55,199 nucleotides of DNA, taken from the IMG/VR virus record IMGVR_UViG_3300032736_000354, positions 1 through 55,199 of that record; one strand, written 5' to 3'. Below are positions 10,004-18,708 of this stretch, piece by piece; the stretch's first letter is position 1, and each line of letters begins with the position of its first letter. The translations under genes were made by a program, and so were the position numbers. The notes under the pieces are model-generated. The model had not been told where the DNA came from. It saw only the letters and a program-made list of their open reading frames with translations, and did no database searches. This DNA is from a virus (taxonomy: Duplodnaviria > Caudoviricetes).

Positions 10004-10508
10004 TCACTGGAGTGTATTTGAACAAGCATACATGACCCTTGAAATTAACACTACTCGTGGTCTGGCTGCTCAAATTCTTCGTCATGTTTCTTTCCGATTT
10101 CAAGAGTTTAGCCAGCGTTATGCCGACACAAATCTTTTGACTCAAGAGATTCCTGTTCCAGAACTACGTCGTCAGGATACTAAGAACCGTCAAAATTCTA
10201 TTGATGATCTTGACCCAGAACTTGTGATTGCTTTTGAACGTCGTATTAAGATGTTGTTTGCTGAAGCACAAGAACTGTATGATGATATGCTTGAATCAGG
10301 AGTGGCAAAAGAGTGTGCCAGATTTGTACTTCCTTTAGCAGTTCCGACCAGAATCTATATGACGGGATCTGTTCGTTCTTGGGTACACTATATAGAACTG
10401 AGAGAAAAAAATGGCACTCAACAAGAACATATGGAGATTGCTATGATGTGTAAACAAATTTTTTCTACTCAATTCCCAACTGTCGCTGAAGCTTTGGAGT
10501 GGATCTAA
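9816..10508 (+). CDS. thyX: Flavin-dependent thymidylate synthase (start uncertain: ATG 9816 or GTG 9879)
   Basis: HWSVFE, QILRHVSFRFQEFSQRY (RHxxxxxxxSxR), KECARFVLP motifs. Confidence 0.95.
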   Translation: MSEHHVDLESPLIQQCLKNQSVKLVTVTPKAEEMMAYVARVSNPNNQENPKISGLLKYCIQHNHWSVFEQAYMTLEINTTRGLAAQILRHVSFRFQEFSQRYADTNLLTQEIPVPELRRQDTKNRQNSIDDLDPELVIAFERRIKMLFAEAQELYDDMLESGVAKECARFVLPLAVPTRIYMTGSVRSWVHYIELREKNGTQQEHMEIAMMCKQIFSTQFPTVAEALEWI

Positions 10509-10638
10509 AGATCAAGTTAGAGAGATCAGAAATAGCACTGAAAAGGGCATTGTACTGGCATCTAAATATCGTATAACCCCTTCGTTAGTTTCCCAAATTA
10601 GATTAAACAAATCACTTGCTTACAATCATATAATATAG
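10504..10638 (+). pseudogene. Start-less fragment resembling the C-terminal HTH of an HNH homing endonuclease
   Basis: Reads SKDQVREIRNSTEKGIVLASKYRITPSLVSQIRLNKSLAYNHII*; no in-frame ATG after the stop at 10444-10446. Confidence 0.45.
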
Positions 10639-10649
10639 GAGGTAAAATT

Positions 10650-10892
10650 TTGCCAACATACCCCGTAATTCATAAAGAAACTAAAGAAACTCAAGAACTC
10701 TCCATGACAATGGCAGAGTATGATCAATGGAGAAAGGACAACCCTGACTGGGATAAAGACTGGTCACAAGGTTGTGCTGGTGTTGGAGAAGTCGGAGACT
10801 GGCGAGATAAGATGAGTAAAACTCATCCTGGTTGGGGGGATATTATGAAAAATAAAGTGGCTAAAGCACCCGGTTCACGAGTACAATGGTAA
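10650..10892 (+). CDS. Conserved small cyanophage protein upstream of phoH
   Basis: GGAGGT RBS plus TTG start; MPTYPV..WRKDNPDWDKDWS. Confidence 0.8.
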   Translation: MPTYPVIHKETKETQELSMTMAEYDQWRKDNPDWDKDWSQGCAGVGEVGDWRDKMSKTHPGWGDIMKNKVAKAPGSRVQW

Positions 10893-10909
10893 TCTTACAA
10901 TAAACAATT

Positions 10910-11662
10910 ATGCCAAGAGCTAGAAAAACAAACACTCCCGATATTGCTGGTATGAACAACAAGCAAATGAAACGGAGAAAACCAATTAGTTCTGACTATC
11001 TTTTAAACATAGAACCTTTAACAGATAATCAACGTATTATGTTTGAGGAATATGGTAGAGGTCAAAACATCTTTGCTTATGGTGCTGCTGGAACAGGTAA
11101 AACATTTCTAGCATTATTTCTTGCTCTACGTGATGTTCTTGATGAGCATACCCCATACGAAAAAGTATATGTGGTTCGTTCTTTAGTTGCTACCAGGGAG
11201 ATTGGTTTCCTTCCTGGTACTCACGAAGATAAAGCATCACTTTACCAGATTCCATATAAGAATATGGTAAAGTACATGTTCAAGATGCCTAATGATGGAG
11301 CATTTGATATGCTCTACGAAAACCTGAAGGCACAAGAAACTATTAGCTTCTGGTCCACATCATTCCTTCGTGGTACTACACTTGACAAAGCCATTGTCAT
11401 TGTAGATGAATGCCAAAACCTAAACTTTCATGAATTGGATTCAATCATCACTCGTGTGGGTGAAGATACCAAGATTCTATTCTGTGGTGATGCCAGTCAG
11501 TCCGACCTTCAACGTACTCACGAACGTTCGGGTATCATTGATTTTCAACGTATTCTTCAACAGATGAAAGAATTTTCTGAAATTGAATATGGCGTAGAAG
11601 ACATTGTTCGTTCCGGTCTTATCAAATCTTATCTCATTGCTAAAATTAACTTAGGTCTTTAA
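10910..11662 (+). CDS. phoH: PhoH-family ATPase
   Basis: GAAGTGKT, IGFLPG, RGTTLD, VDECQN, GDASQSDL, IVRSGLI. Confidence 0.97.
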   Translation: MPRARKTNTPDIAGMNNKQMKRRKPISSDYLLNIEPLTDNQRIMFEEYGRGQNIFAYGAAGTGKTFLALFLALRDVLDEHTPYEKVYVVRSLVATREIGFLPGTHEDKASLYQIPYKNMVKYMFKMPNDGAFDMLYENLKAQETISFWSTSFLRGTTLDKAIVIVDECQNLNFHELDSIITRVGEDTKILFCGDASQSDLQRTHERSGIIDFQRILQQMKEFSEIEYGVEDIVRSGLIKSYLIAKINLGL

Positions 11663-12354
11663 TGAAAATCTTTAATCATGTTGGCTTGATTGAGCCTATT
11701 GAAATGAACACCGTTAATATTGATGGTCGGCGTTATTATAATACGCCGACTGGCAATAAGCACAAATCAGTCACCACCGTGATTAGTAATAATCCCAAGA
11801 AGCAAGAGGTTCTTGCTAAGTGGAGAGCACGAGTTGGGAAAGAAAAAGCCCAGCAGATCTCTTCACGTTCTTGTACTCGTGGTAATCGTTACCACAAACT
11901 GGCAGAAAACTACCTCAACAATGAACATGACACAACTCTTTACCAAGAGTATCCTTTGATCTGGGTCATGTTTAATTCATCTCGGAAAATTCTTGACAAC
12001 ATAAATAATATATACTTACAAGAGGCTGGATTATATTCTGACTTCTTAGGAATCGCTGGTCGTGTAGATTGTATTGCTGAGTACAATGGTAAGCTTTCTA
12101 TTATTGACTTTAAAACTTCGGCGGAAGAAAAAAAGGAAGAGTATCTTTACGACTACTATGTTCAAGAAACAGCATACGCTTGTATGCTTCAAGAACTTTA
12201 TAGTATTACAGTAGAACAGCTTGTTACTATCGTCGCTTGTGAAAGTGGTGATACACAAGTTAGTATTCAGCCACCGAAAAAAGAATATTTTATTAAGTTA
12301 CAAGAGTACATACGAGATTACGAAAACAGATATGAAAGAGACCTTAGAGGATAA
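11662..12354 (+). CDS. PD-(D/E)xK exonuclease (T4-like cyanophage core)
   Basis: SVTTV, RGNRYH, AGRVDCIAEY..IIDFKTS, YYVQETAY motifs. Confidence 0.9.
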   Translation: MKIFNHVGLIEPIEMNTVNIDGRRYYNTPTGNKHKSVTTVISNNPKKQEVLAKWRARVGKEKAQQISSRSCTRGNRYHKLAENYLNNEHDTTLYQEYPLIWVMFNSSRKILDNINNIYLQEAGLYSDFLGIAGRVDCIAEYNGKLSIIDFKTSAEEKKEEYLYDYYVQETAYACMLQELYSITVEQLVTIVACESGDTQVSIQPPKKEYFIKLQEYIRDYENRYERDLRG

Positions 12355-12577
12355 ATTTATGACGCCTACCAGATTCGCTCAGGAGGTTGAAAAAATAGCT
12401 CACGAAAATTCAATGAATTATATTGATGCTATTGTTCACTTTTGTGAGTCAAATGAAATTGAAATAGATACCGTTTCAAAATTAATTTCAAAACCGCTTA
12501 AAGAAAAACTAAAGTTTGATGCTCAAAAATTAAACTTTATGAAGAAAACATCTAAAGCAAAACTTATGCTTGTTTAA
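12332..12577 (+). CDS. 33: Late-promoter transcription accessory protein gp33
   Basis: FAQEVEK..YIDAIVHFCE..KLISKPLKEKLKFDAQKLNF. Confidence 0.9.
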   Translation: MKETLEDKFMTPTRFAQEVEKIAHENSMNYIDAIVHFCESNEIEIDTVSKLISKPLKEKLKFDAQKLNFMKKTSKAKLMLV

Positions 12578-12579
12578 TT

Positions 12580-12921
12580 ATGTCTGACTTTTTTAAATCT
12601 GAAATGGTTCGTGGAGATATTCAAGAGATGTCAGAACTTCAACAGTTCTGTATGAGATCTATGGTAGCATTTCCTGTCTTAAACAAAGAAAAGAAGCTCC
12701 AGTACTTTGAAGTTCTTGAACAACTGATCGAGAAACAAAAAATATTTCACGCTCGTGTTTGTCTCAGCGACGACCCTGAAGCAGTGGATATGGCAGAGAG
12801 TATGAAGCAAGCAGCCGTGATGCTTGGTGCCACACCAAATCAAAACATAAGTTCTATGTTTGATGACCTTATTGAGAAGGTTCATGTCATGAAAGAACAA
12901 CTAGAGGCTCAGGGGGATTGA
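12580..12921 (+). CDS. DUF1825-like conserved cyanophage/cyanobacterial protein
   Basis: MSDFFKSEMVR..LIEKQKIFHARVCLSDDPEA. Confidence 0.75.
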   Translation: MSDFFKSEMVRGDIQEMSELQQFCMRSMVAFPVLNKEKKLQYFEVLEQLIEKQKIFHARVCLSDDPEAVDMAESMKQAAVMLGATPNQNISSMFDDLIEKVHVMKEQLEAQGD

Positions 12922-12946
12922 CGCTGCCCTGAGCCTGTGCTATGAT
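12905..12946 (+). promoter_or_regulatory. Hairpin enclosing -35; early promoter for gp32
   Basis: AGGCTCAGGG/CCCTGAGCCT inverted repeat around TTGACG (12918-12923); TGc-TATGAT at 12941-12946 (17 bp). Confidence 0.7.
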
Positions 12947-13000
12947 GTGTAAGTGATATAGCGTCACACAAGCCAAATATAATTATCTAAGGAAATCCGT

Positions 13001-13882
13001 ATGTCTTTTGCTGATCTTAAGCGCAAGTCCCAGAGTAACTTTGAGTTCCTACAAAAAGAACTTGAAAAGTCCAGTACCACTAATGGTGCCGACGATAGGA
13101 TCTGGAAGCCCGAACTTGACGCTTCCGGAAACGGTTATGCCGTTGTCCGTTTCTTGCCAGCTCCCGATGGGGAGTCTGTGCCTTGGGCGAAGGTTTACAA
13201 TCATGCTTTCAAAGGTCCTGGTGGCTGGCTGATTGATGGGTGCCCCACCACTCTTGGTGATAAGTGCCCCGTCTGTGCTGCCAATACCAAACTTTGGAAT
13301 AGTGGTCACGAGTCCGACAAAGCAACTGCTCGTGACCGTAAGCGTAAACTTTCATACTACAGCAATATCTTTGTTGTCAATGATCCCAAGAATCCTGACA
13401 ACAATGGAAAGGTAATGCTTTTCAAGTATGGTAAGAAAATCCATGACAAGATTCTCGCAGCCATGCAACCTGAGTTCCAAGATGAAACTCCCGTGAATGT
13501 GTTTGACTTCTGGGCGGGTGCCAACTTCAAGATTAAAATCAAGACCGTTGGTGGTTACTGGAATTACGATGCTTCCGAGTTCACTTCACCTGCTGCTCTC
13601 AGTAGTGACGATGATGAAATGGAATCACTGTGGAAGCAAGCATATTCTCTGGAAGCATTCACTGCTACCAGTGAGTTCAAGAGCTACGAAGATCTTGAAA
13701 CTCGTATGAATAATGCTCTTGGTGCTGCTCCAGCTACTCGCCAAACTCAAGCCGAAGAGTATGAAGATCCCGCTCCTGTTGCTACTGTAACTCGTGAGCG
13801 TAGTGATGACTTCACCTCACCAAAATCGGAAGATGATGACGATGCTCTGAGCTACTTCGCTCGACTTGCTGAAGAAGATTGA
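13001..13882 (+). CDS. 32: Single-stranded DNA-binding protein gp32
   Basis: MSFADLK, DDRIWKP..GNGYAVVRFLPA, HAFKGPGGW, CPVC, acidic tail ending LSYFARLAEED. Confidence 0.97.
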   Translation: MSFADLKRKSQSNFEFLQKELEKSSTTNGADDRIWKPELDASGNGYAVVRFLPAPDGESVPWAKVYNHAFKGPGGWLIDGCPTTLGDKCPVCAANTKLWNSGHESDKATARDRKRKLSYYSNIFVVNDPKNPDNNGKVMLFKYGKKIHDKILAAMQPEFQDETPVNVFDFWAGANFKIKIKTVGGYWNYDASEFTSPAALSSDDDEMESLWKQAYSLEAFTATSEFKSYEDLETRMNNALGAAPATRQTQAEEYEDPAPVATVTRERSDDFTSPKSEDDDDALSYFARLAEED

Positions 13883-13890
13883 TACTTTAC

Positions 13891-13913
13891 AGGGGGCTTA
13901 CGCCCCCTTTTTT
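13891..13913. terminator. Terminator between convergent gp32 and gp53
   Basis: AGGGGGC-ttac-GCCCCCT followed by a T run. Confidence 0.8.
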
Positions 13914-14562
13914 ATACCCCAGTTTTCTTTAACCTATTATCAATGAAGTCACTTGACTTACCATATAGATTAGTTTTCCTGAAGTCAGTCAAGAAAGCAT
14001 CAAGGTATCTTGGCTTAAGTAAAAAGATTTCTCTCTTCTTTTCATTCTCGTCTGATTCGTATTCAAAAATTGTTACTGGTCTTGAAGCACTGCTACCAGA
14101 AATTTGTTCAACTGATGATCCATTCCAGTATTTAAATGGTGATGAATAAAATGTTTCGTCAACAACTAAACCACTTTTTAAAACTGTAACTCCGCTATTG
14201 GTTTTAATTTCGTATGTTTCGTAATGTTTTATAGTTGAATATGGATCATCATATGATGACTCCAGTAATTTTCTTAGATCATTTTCCGACAACGGTAAAT
14301 CAAACAATGGATTGACCATGTTATTTGTTAAAGCAATAATCCAATCAAAGAATGGATTGCCGTATGCTTTATCTGCTATTGTGTCAAGACGTTCGCCCTC
14401 TTCAACAGCGTACTTCTTGAAGTAAATAGCATACGAAAATACGTCAGGGTTAACTTGATATCTTCTGAAGAAATTCTTAGCTACAACAAAATCTGATTCA
14501 GAGAATGGATACTGAATCGGTTTGCTGTCGTACTGTATGCTTGGAATGAATGAAAAATACAT
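13912..14562 (-). CDS. 53: Baseplate wedge subunit gp53
   Basis: MYFSFIPSIQY, KNFFRR, LysM-like GERLDTIADKAYG..WIIALTN, NEKKREIFLLKP. Confidence 0.92.
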   Translation of the reverse strand: MYFSFIPSIQYDSKPIQYPFSESDFVVAKNFFRRYQVNPDVFSYAIYFKKYAVEEGERLDTIADKAYGNPFFDWIIALTNNMVNPLFDLPLSENDLRKLLESSYDDPYSTIKHYETYEIKTNSGVTVLKSGLVVDETFYSSPFKYWNGSSVEQISGSSASRPVTIFEYESDENEKKREIFLLKPRYLDAFLTDFRKTNLYGKSSDFIDNRLKKTGV

Positions 14563-14563
14563 G

Positions 14564-15754
14564 TTAGATACCTCCGCCCGGTATGATTACTTCTTGAGCA
14601 AATACTAACTTTGATTCTAAGAATGAAATAGTTAATTCTGTAGCTACTGGTGATCCATCTCTTAAGGTAGCATATGCTCCAGCAGCAGTGTAATTAATAT
14701 TTACATCTGTGATACCACACAATTTATACTTGGGTAGGTAGGGATGAAAATTGCCACCTTTCATGAAAGAAACTTGACAAAGATCTGGAATTGTTAATAA
14801 ATTTGAAGCTTCTTTTATTGCTCCAAAAATAGCAGACCCACCAAAACTAGGAAGCATAGCTTTTTTAAAACTATTACATATTTGTTTAATATCGTTTGCT
14901 TCTTTACTTGTTCTAGGAACAAGTTTAAATTTTAAACTAAATGTTCTCAATTTAGGTGCTTCATATAAAAGCTCTACGTTTGGATTAAGTATAGTTCCTG
15001 TTACCGATCCGAGAGCTTGATTTAAATTGACGTTAGCACCAGCTACAGCATTAATACCATCCAACAAACCTTTAAATATGGCAGCTTTCACACCACCACC
15101 AGCGGCGCTACCACCAGCATCAACCATTGCTCCAAAATCTTTTTGTGTATTTACTGATCCGGTTACACCAAATAATCCTGCTGCCGCCGCTCCAAAACCA
15201 GCAGCATTCCACCCAGCTCCAAATTGAGATTGGATATCTTCTGGCATGTATAAAATAATTGGCTTCACATCTGTTGATGGATTAGCATAAGAACGATCAT
15301 TTGAATTTTGGTAGTTGGCGTATCCACTAGCAGAAGAAAGTTTGGTCGTTGAACCTGCGCCAGCTTGCTTTGGTGTGTCTCTACCACCACCAAAAGGAGG
15401 AGCATATTTATAAAATCCAAATGATACATAATCACTTGTTCCATCAAGTGTCGCTGGGTCTGATGGGTATCTTAAAGTTCCTGGTCCAGTTGGTGTTTTT
15501 TTAATTACTAAATTTATTGTGCCAGTTAATTCTGTTGCTGATGGTGTATTATTGGATACTACTGCTGCTGCTGCTGCTTCTTCTACGACCGGATTTACTG
15601 CTGCTCCTGGAGGAGATGATTGCCTGCCTGTTATGGCTGCTTGCCCACCAGGCGCCCCCCGTTGGCCAACATTTTTCCATGATGTTCCATTATATAACAT
15701 GATGTTGCCCCTGGGCAGTTCATACCAATCTCCCGGTTTGTACTGTTGCGCCAT
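14564..15754 (-). CDS. 48: Baseplate tail-tube cap gp48
   Basis: LRYP, IILYMPEDI, NPNVELLYEAPKLRTFSLKFKLVPR..EA, C-terminal ISFLE. Confidence 0.88.
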   Translation of the reverse strand: MAQQYKPGDWYELPRGNIMLYNGTSWKNVGQRGAPGGQAAITGRQSSPPGAAVNPVVEEAAAAAVVSNNTPSATELTGTINLVIKKTPTGPGTLRYPSDPATLDGTSDYVSFGFYKYAPPFGGGRDTPKQAGAGSTTKLSSASGYANYQNSNDRSYANPSTDVKPIILYMPEDIQSQFGAGWNAAGFGAAAAGLFGVTGSVNTQKDFGAMVDAGGSAAGGGVKAAIFKGLLDGINAVAGANVNLNQALGSVTGTILNPNVELLYEAPKLRTFSLKFKLVPRTSKEANDIKQICNSFKKAMLPSFGGSAIFGAIKEASNLLTIPDLCQVSFMKGGNFHPYLPKYKLCGITDVNINYTAAGAYATLRDGSPVATELTISFLESKLVFAQEVIIPGGGI

Positions 15755-15789
15755 TACTTGACCCTCTCTATATCTTTTCTGGTGAGATC

Positions 15790-16614
15790 TTAAACAACTC
15801 TGGTTCCCTTGATACGGTCATTCCAATACTGATCTATCTCTTCCCAAACATACTCTTTAGGATATTCAATTTTACCACCGCCCTTCATCAATACAAAATC
15901 TTCTACAGGAAGAGCAGAAGCGGTAACCCATTCTTGTATAGCTAAATCCAAGAACAAACTTTTACACCTTTTATAAAGATATTTATGAATGATTTTTTTG
16001 GGAATATCTATTTGTCCTTTCTCTAATTTATTCACAACAATCAATCTTTTCTTTGGTTCTAGATAATGTAAACTAGCTCCCCAAAATTCTGCCCCCTCCA
16101 CCTTTAAAATGTATAGTAACGGATACTTGTCATAGTATGGAAGTGTTGGTGTCTCTGCTTTGTATTCAAAAAAGCACAGGTGTCCAGGAAATACACGACG
16201 ACGATTTACATTTTGGTCTTGATTAACTAAAGCACCAATTGAATCATATTTTTCCTGCTCGTTCATACGAGAAGGCTCTGCTTGAATACCAGCACTTAAA
16301 CTTTTAAGTTTTGATTGATACCACCCTAAACTTTTACTTTCTCCTTCAGTTGCTGCTCTTACTTTTTCAAATATAGTTTGATAACTTTTCTTTCCTGCTT
16401 TTATATACCCCTCAGTTTGACTGACTACTTTAGCCAGCTCTGTCATGTCCTTGTATGAGGAGTATCTTTTCACTCCATACTTAGAAGCAAGAGCACGAAT
16501 CTGATCTCTAGTATATTCAGATAAAGAATTTAATTCGTATCCCGTAAGATAAGACCACCTATCAATAGCATTTATAGCACTTTGTTTTGGTTTTAAATTA
16601 TTCTTTGCTGCCAT
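15790..16614 (-). CDS. 2: DNA end-protector gp2 with an extra N-terminal module
   Basis: FFEYKAET..LPYYDKYPL, FWGASLHYL, IHKYLY, LPVEDF; position between gp4 and gp48. Confidence 0.85.
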   Translation of the reverse strand: MAAKNNLKPKQSAINAIDRWSYLTGYELNSLSEYTRDQIRALASKYGVKRYSSYKDMTELAKVVSQTEGYIKAGKKSYQTIFEKVRAATEGESKSLGWYQSKLKSLSAGIQAEPSRMNEQEKYDSIGALVNQDQNVNRRRVFPGHLCFFEYKAETPTLPYYDKYPLLYILKVEGAEFWGASLHYLEPKKRLIVVNKLEKGQIDIPKKIIHKYLYKRCKSLFLDLAIQEWVTASALPVEDFVLMKGGGKIEYPKEYVWEEIDQYWNDRIKGTRVV

Positions 16615-16615
16615 G

Positions 16616-17053
16616 TTATACTCCTAAGTGATCTTCTGTGAGGATTAAAAATTTCATCTGTCTATCTTCACAGAAATCTTCTGCGGCTGCCCACTTAGCA
16701 CGATTTTTCATGTAGGTCAGCACTTCTCTTTTCCAAGCAGCAGTTTTTCTTTTTGGTTTTTCAATTGGACCAGCTACTTGTCTCTTTGGCTTCACTTCTA
16801 TTAGGTACTTACTGATACTTCCTGTTTTACTTTTGACTTTGATATAAAAATCTGGGTAGTACCTATGAACTCTACCATCAGTTGGACACCGATAGGGAAT
16901 GATTACTTCTTCGCTTCCCCACTCCACAATGCTATCGTTGTTATCACAGAACACCATAAACTTTCGCTCCCACATAGAACGATAAATGATCCGTGTGGGG
17001 TTACCTCTATACTTTTTGGGGTTCTTTGGTTTATATATTCCCGAGTACGCCAT
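16616..17053 (-). CDS. 4: Head completion nuclease gp4
   Basis: MAYSGIYKPKNPKKYRGNPTRIIYRSMWERKFM, HRYYPDF, IEVKP, KFLILTE; true start 17053. Confidence 0.95.
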   Translation of the reverse strand: MAYSGIYKPKNPKKYRGNPTRIIYRSMWERKFMVFCDNNDSIVEWGSEEVIIPYRCPTDGRVHRYYPDFYIKVKSKTGSISKYLIEVKPKRQVAGPIEKPKRKTAAWKREVLTYMKNRAKWAAAEDFCEDRQMKFLILTEDHLGV

Positions 17054-17084
17054 AAATAAATATATCCCTCCGACTGTATTTAGA

Positions 17085-17786
17085 GTGGCAAAAGGATCAA
17101 TAGACACATTCATAGCTGCTATAGCTGCCAATGGTGGCATGGCAATGTCCAATGGTTATGATGTTGAATTTGATTTTGGTGGGTTGGCCCGGTTGAACAG
17201 TACTATTGGTAGATTAGGAATAAAACTTCCCGAAAATAGTGATAGTGCTCAACCGGGAGCGTTAATTAATATGTTTTGTGATGAAGCACAACTCCCAAAT
17301 ATCTCTGCTGCTGTCGGGCAAATCAATGGAAGATATCTCGGAGAAGGAATTGTTAACTATCCACACACGAGAATAGTGAGTGATTTTTCTTTAACTTGGA
17401 TGTGTGATGCTAACATGATCCCATTTAAATTTCTTAATGCTTGGCATGGATTTATATTTGATGAAACTATGTTTGAAGAAAATCCTACGGGATCCTCATT
17501 ACGAGATATAAAAAGCTTTGCTCTCAAAAGAGCGCCCAATAGAGTTAATAGATTAAATTATCCAGAAGAATATCAAGCAACCTTAAGAATATCTAAAGCA
17601 GAGAGAGGACAAAACGCTCCAAACAGTAGGGTTTCTTTAGTATGTGTGTTAGAAAATGTGTATCCATATTCCATTGATGCTGTACCAATGTCATATGGAT
17701 CATCTCAGATTACTAGAGTAAGTGCTAATTTTTATTACACTCGCCACACATATTGGAATGTAGACATTCGTAAATTCAATGGATAA
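17085..17786 (+). CDS. Tail-tube-like / tail-tube initiator protein (gp19/gp54 family)
   Basis: GTG start, GGMAMSNGY, FCDEAQLP, VYPYSIDAVPMSYG..RVSANFYY; synteny between gp4 and gp26. Confidence 0.75.
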   Translation: MAKGSIDTFIAAIAANGGMAMSNGYDVEFDFGGLARLNSTIGRLGIKLPENSDSAQPGALINMFCDEAQLPNISAAVGQINGRYLGEGIVNYPHTRIVSDFSLTWMCDANMIPFKFLNAWHGFIFDETMFEENPTGSSLRDIKSFALKRAPNRVNRLNYPEEYQATLRISKAERGQNAPNSRVSLVCVLENVYPYSIDAVPMSYGSSQITRVSANFYYTRHTYWNVDIRKFNG

Positions 17787-17815
17787 ATATTAATACCGAA
17801 TTGAATTAAAGTTTC

Positions 17816-18529
17816 ATGTCATTACCTAAAGTTGGAATTCCTACTTACGAATTAAATCTACCTTCAACTGGCAAAGCTATTAAGTATAGACCTTTTGTTG
17901 TCAAAGAAGAAAAGGTTTTGTTGTTAGCATTAGAATCTGAAGACGAAAAAGAAATCAAGAACGCTGTCAAAGATCTAATTAAGAATTGTGTTCAGACTAG
18001 AATTAAGGTAGATGATCTACCAAGTTTTGATCTTGAATATATTTTCCTACGTATTAGAGCAGCTTCTGTGAGCGAAGAAGTTAGTATGGTGGTTACTTGT
18101 AAAGACGACAACACCACACAAGCAAGTGTGAATATTAATTTAACTGATGTTGAAATTTTTAAACCAGAAGGACACACCAACAAAATTATGTTGGATGATG
18201 TAACTGGTCTTGTCATGAAGTATCCTGGTATGGATAGGTTTATTGATTCTGAATTTTTAAATAAAGATATTAAAACAGATGAAGTATTTGATTTTATTGC
18301 TACCTCAATAGATCAAATTTTTAATGATGAAGAGGTATGGGACTCGTCAACAACGTCTAAAAAAGAAATGATTACATTTATTGAAGAATTGACTGCTAAA
18401 CAATTTGAATCAATTCAAAATTTCTATGAGACAATGCCACGATTACTTCATAAATTTACAGTAATTAATCCCAACACTGGAGTAGAATCTGAATATATTA
18501 TTGAGGGACTACAGAATTTTTTCGTATAG
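17816..18529 (+). CDS. 26: Baseplate hub assembly protein gp26
   Basis: MSLPK..PTYELNLPSTGK.IKYRPFVVKEEKVLL, FDLEYIFLRIRA, IEGLQNFF; ATAAATA late promoter at 17783. Confidence 0.92.
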   Translation: MSLPKVGIPTYELNLPSTGKAIKYRPFVVKEEKVLLLALESEDEKEIKNAVKDLIKNCVQTRIKVDDLPSFDLEYIFLRIRAASVSEEVSMVVTCKDDNTTQASVNINLTDVEIFKPEGHTNKIMLDDVTGLVMKYPGMDRFIDSEFLNKDIKTDEVFDFIATSIDQIFNDEEVWDSSTTSKKEMITFIEELTAKQFESIQNFYETMPRLLHKFTVINPNTGVESEYIIEGLQNFFV

Positions 18530-18579
18530 CACTCTTCCAAAATAGTTTGGAGGGGTATTTCAGAACTAACTTTGCTTTG

Positions 18580-18708
18580 ATGCAGTATCATAAATACTCT
18601 TTGACTGAAGTAGAAAATCTCATTCCGTGGGAGCGAGAAGTGTATGTGTCCTTGTTAATTCAACACCTCAAAGAAGAAGAAGCAAAGAGAGCGGCTGCTA
18701 AGCAATGA
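18580..18708 (+). CDS. 51: Baseplate hub assembly catalyst gp51 (not in ORF track; frame open from 18520)
   Basis: NFALMQYHKYSLTEVENLIPWEREVYVSLL motif; ATGA coupling to 18705. Confidence 0.88.
   Translation: MQYHKYSLTEVENLIPWEREVYVSLLIQHLKEEEAKRAAAKQ

Noticed and set aside
9816-10508. Intron or intein in thymidylate synthase
   Set aside because: thyX is continuous and of normal length
9298-11662. speD, phoH (also hli, cpeT) as novel auxiliary genes
   Set aside because: Well-known cyanophage auxiliary metabolic genes
11662-12354. Cas4-like nuclease suggesting CRISPR
   Set aside because: No repeat-spacer array or cas genes seen; this is the usual core exonuclease after phoH
16986-17152. 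Apparent overlap of gp4 and the tail-tube-like gene
   Set aside because: Caused by over-extended starts; the likely starts (17053 minus, 17085 plus) are divergent and non-overlapping
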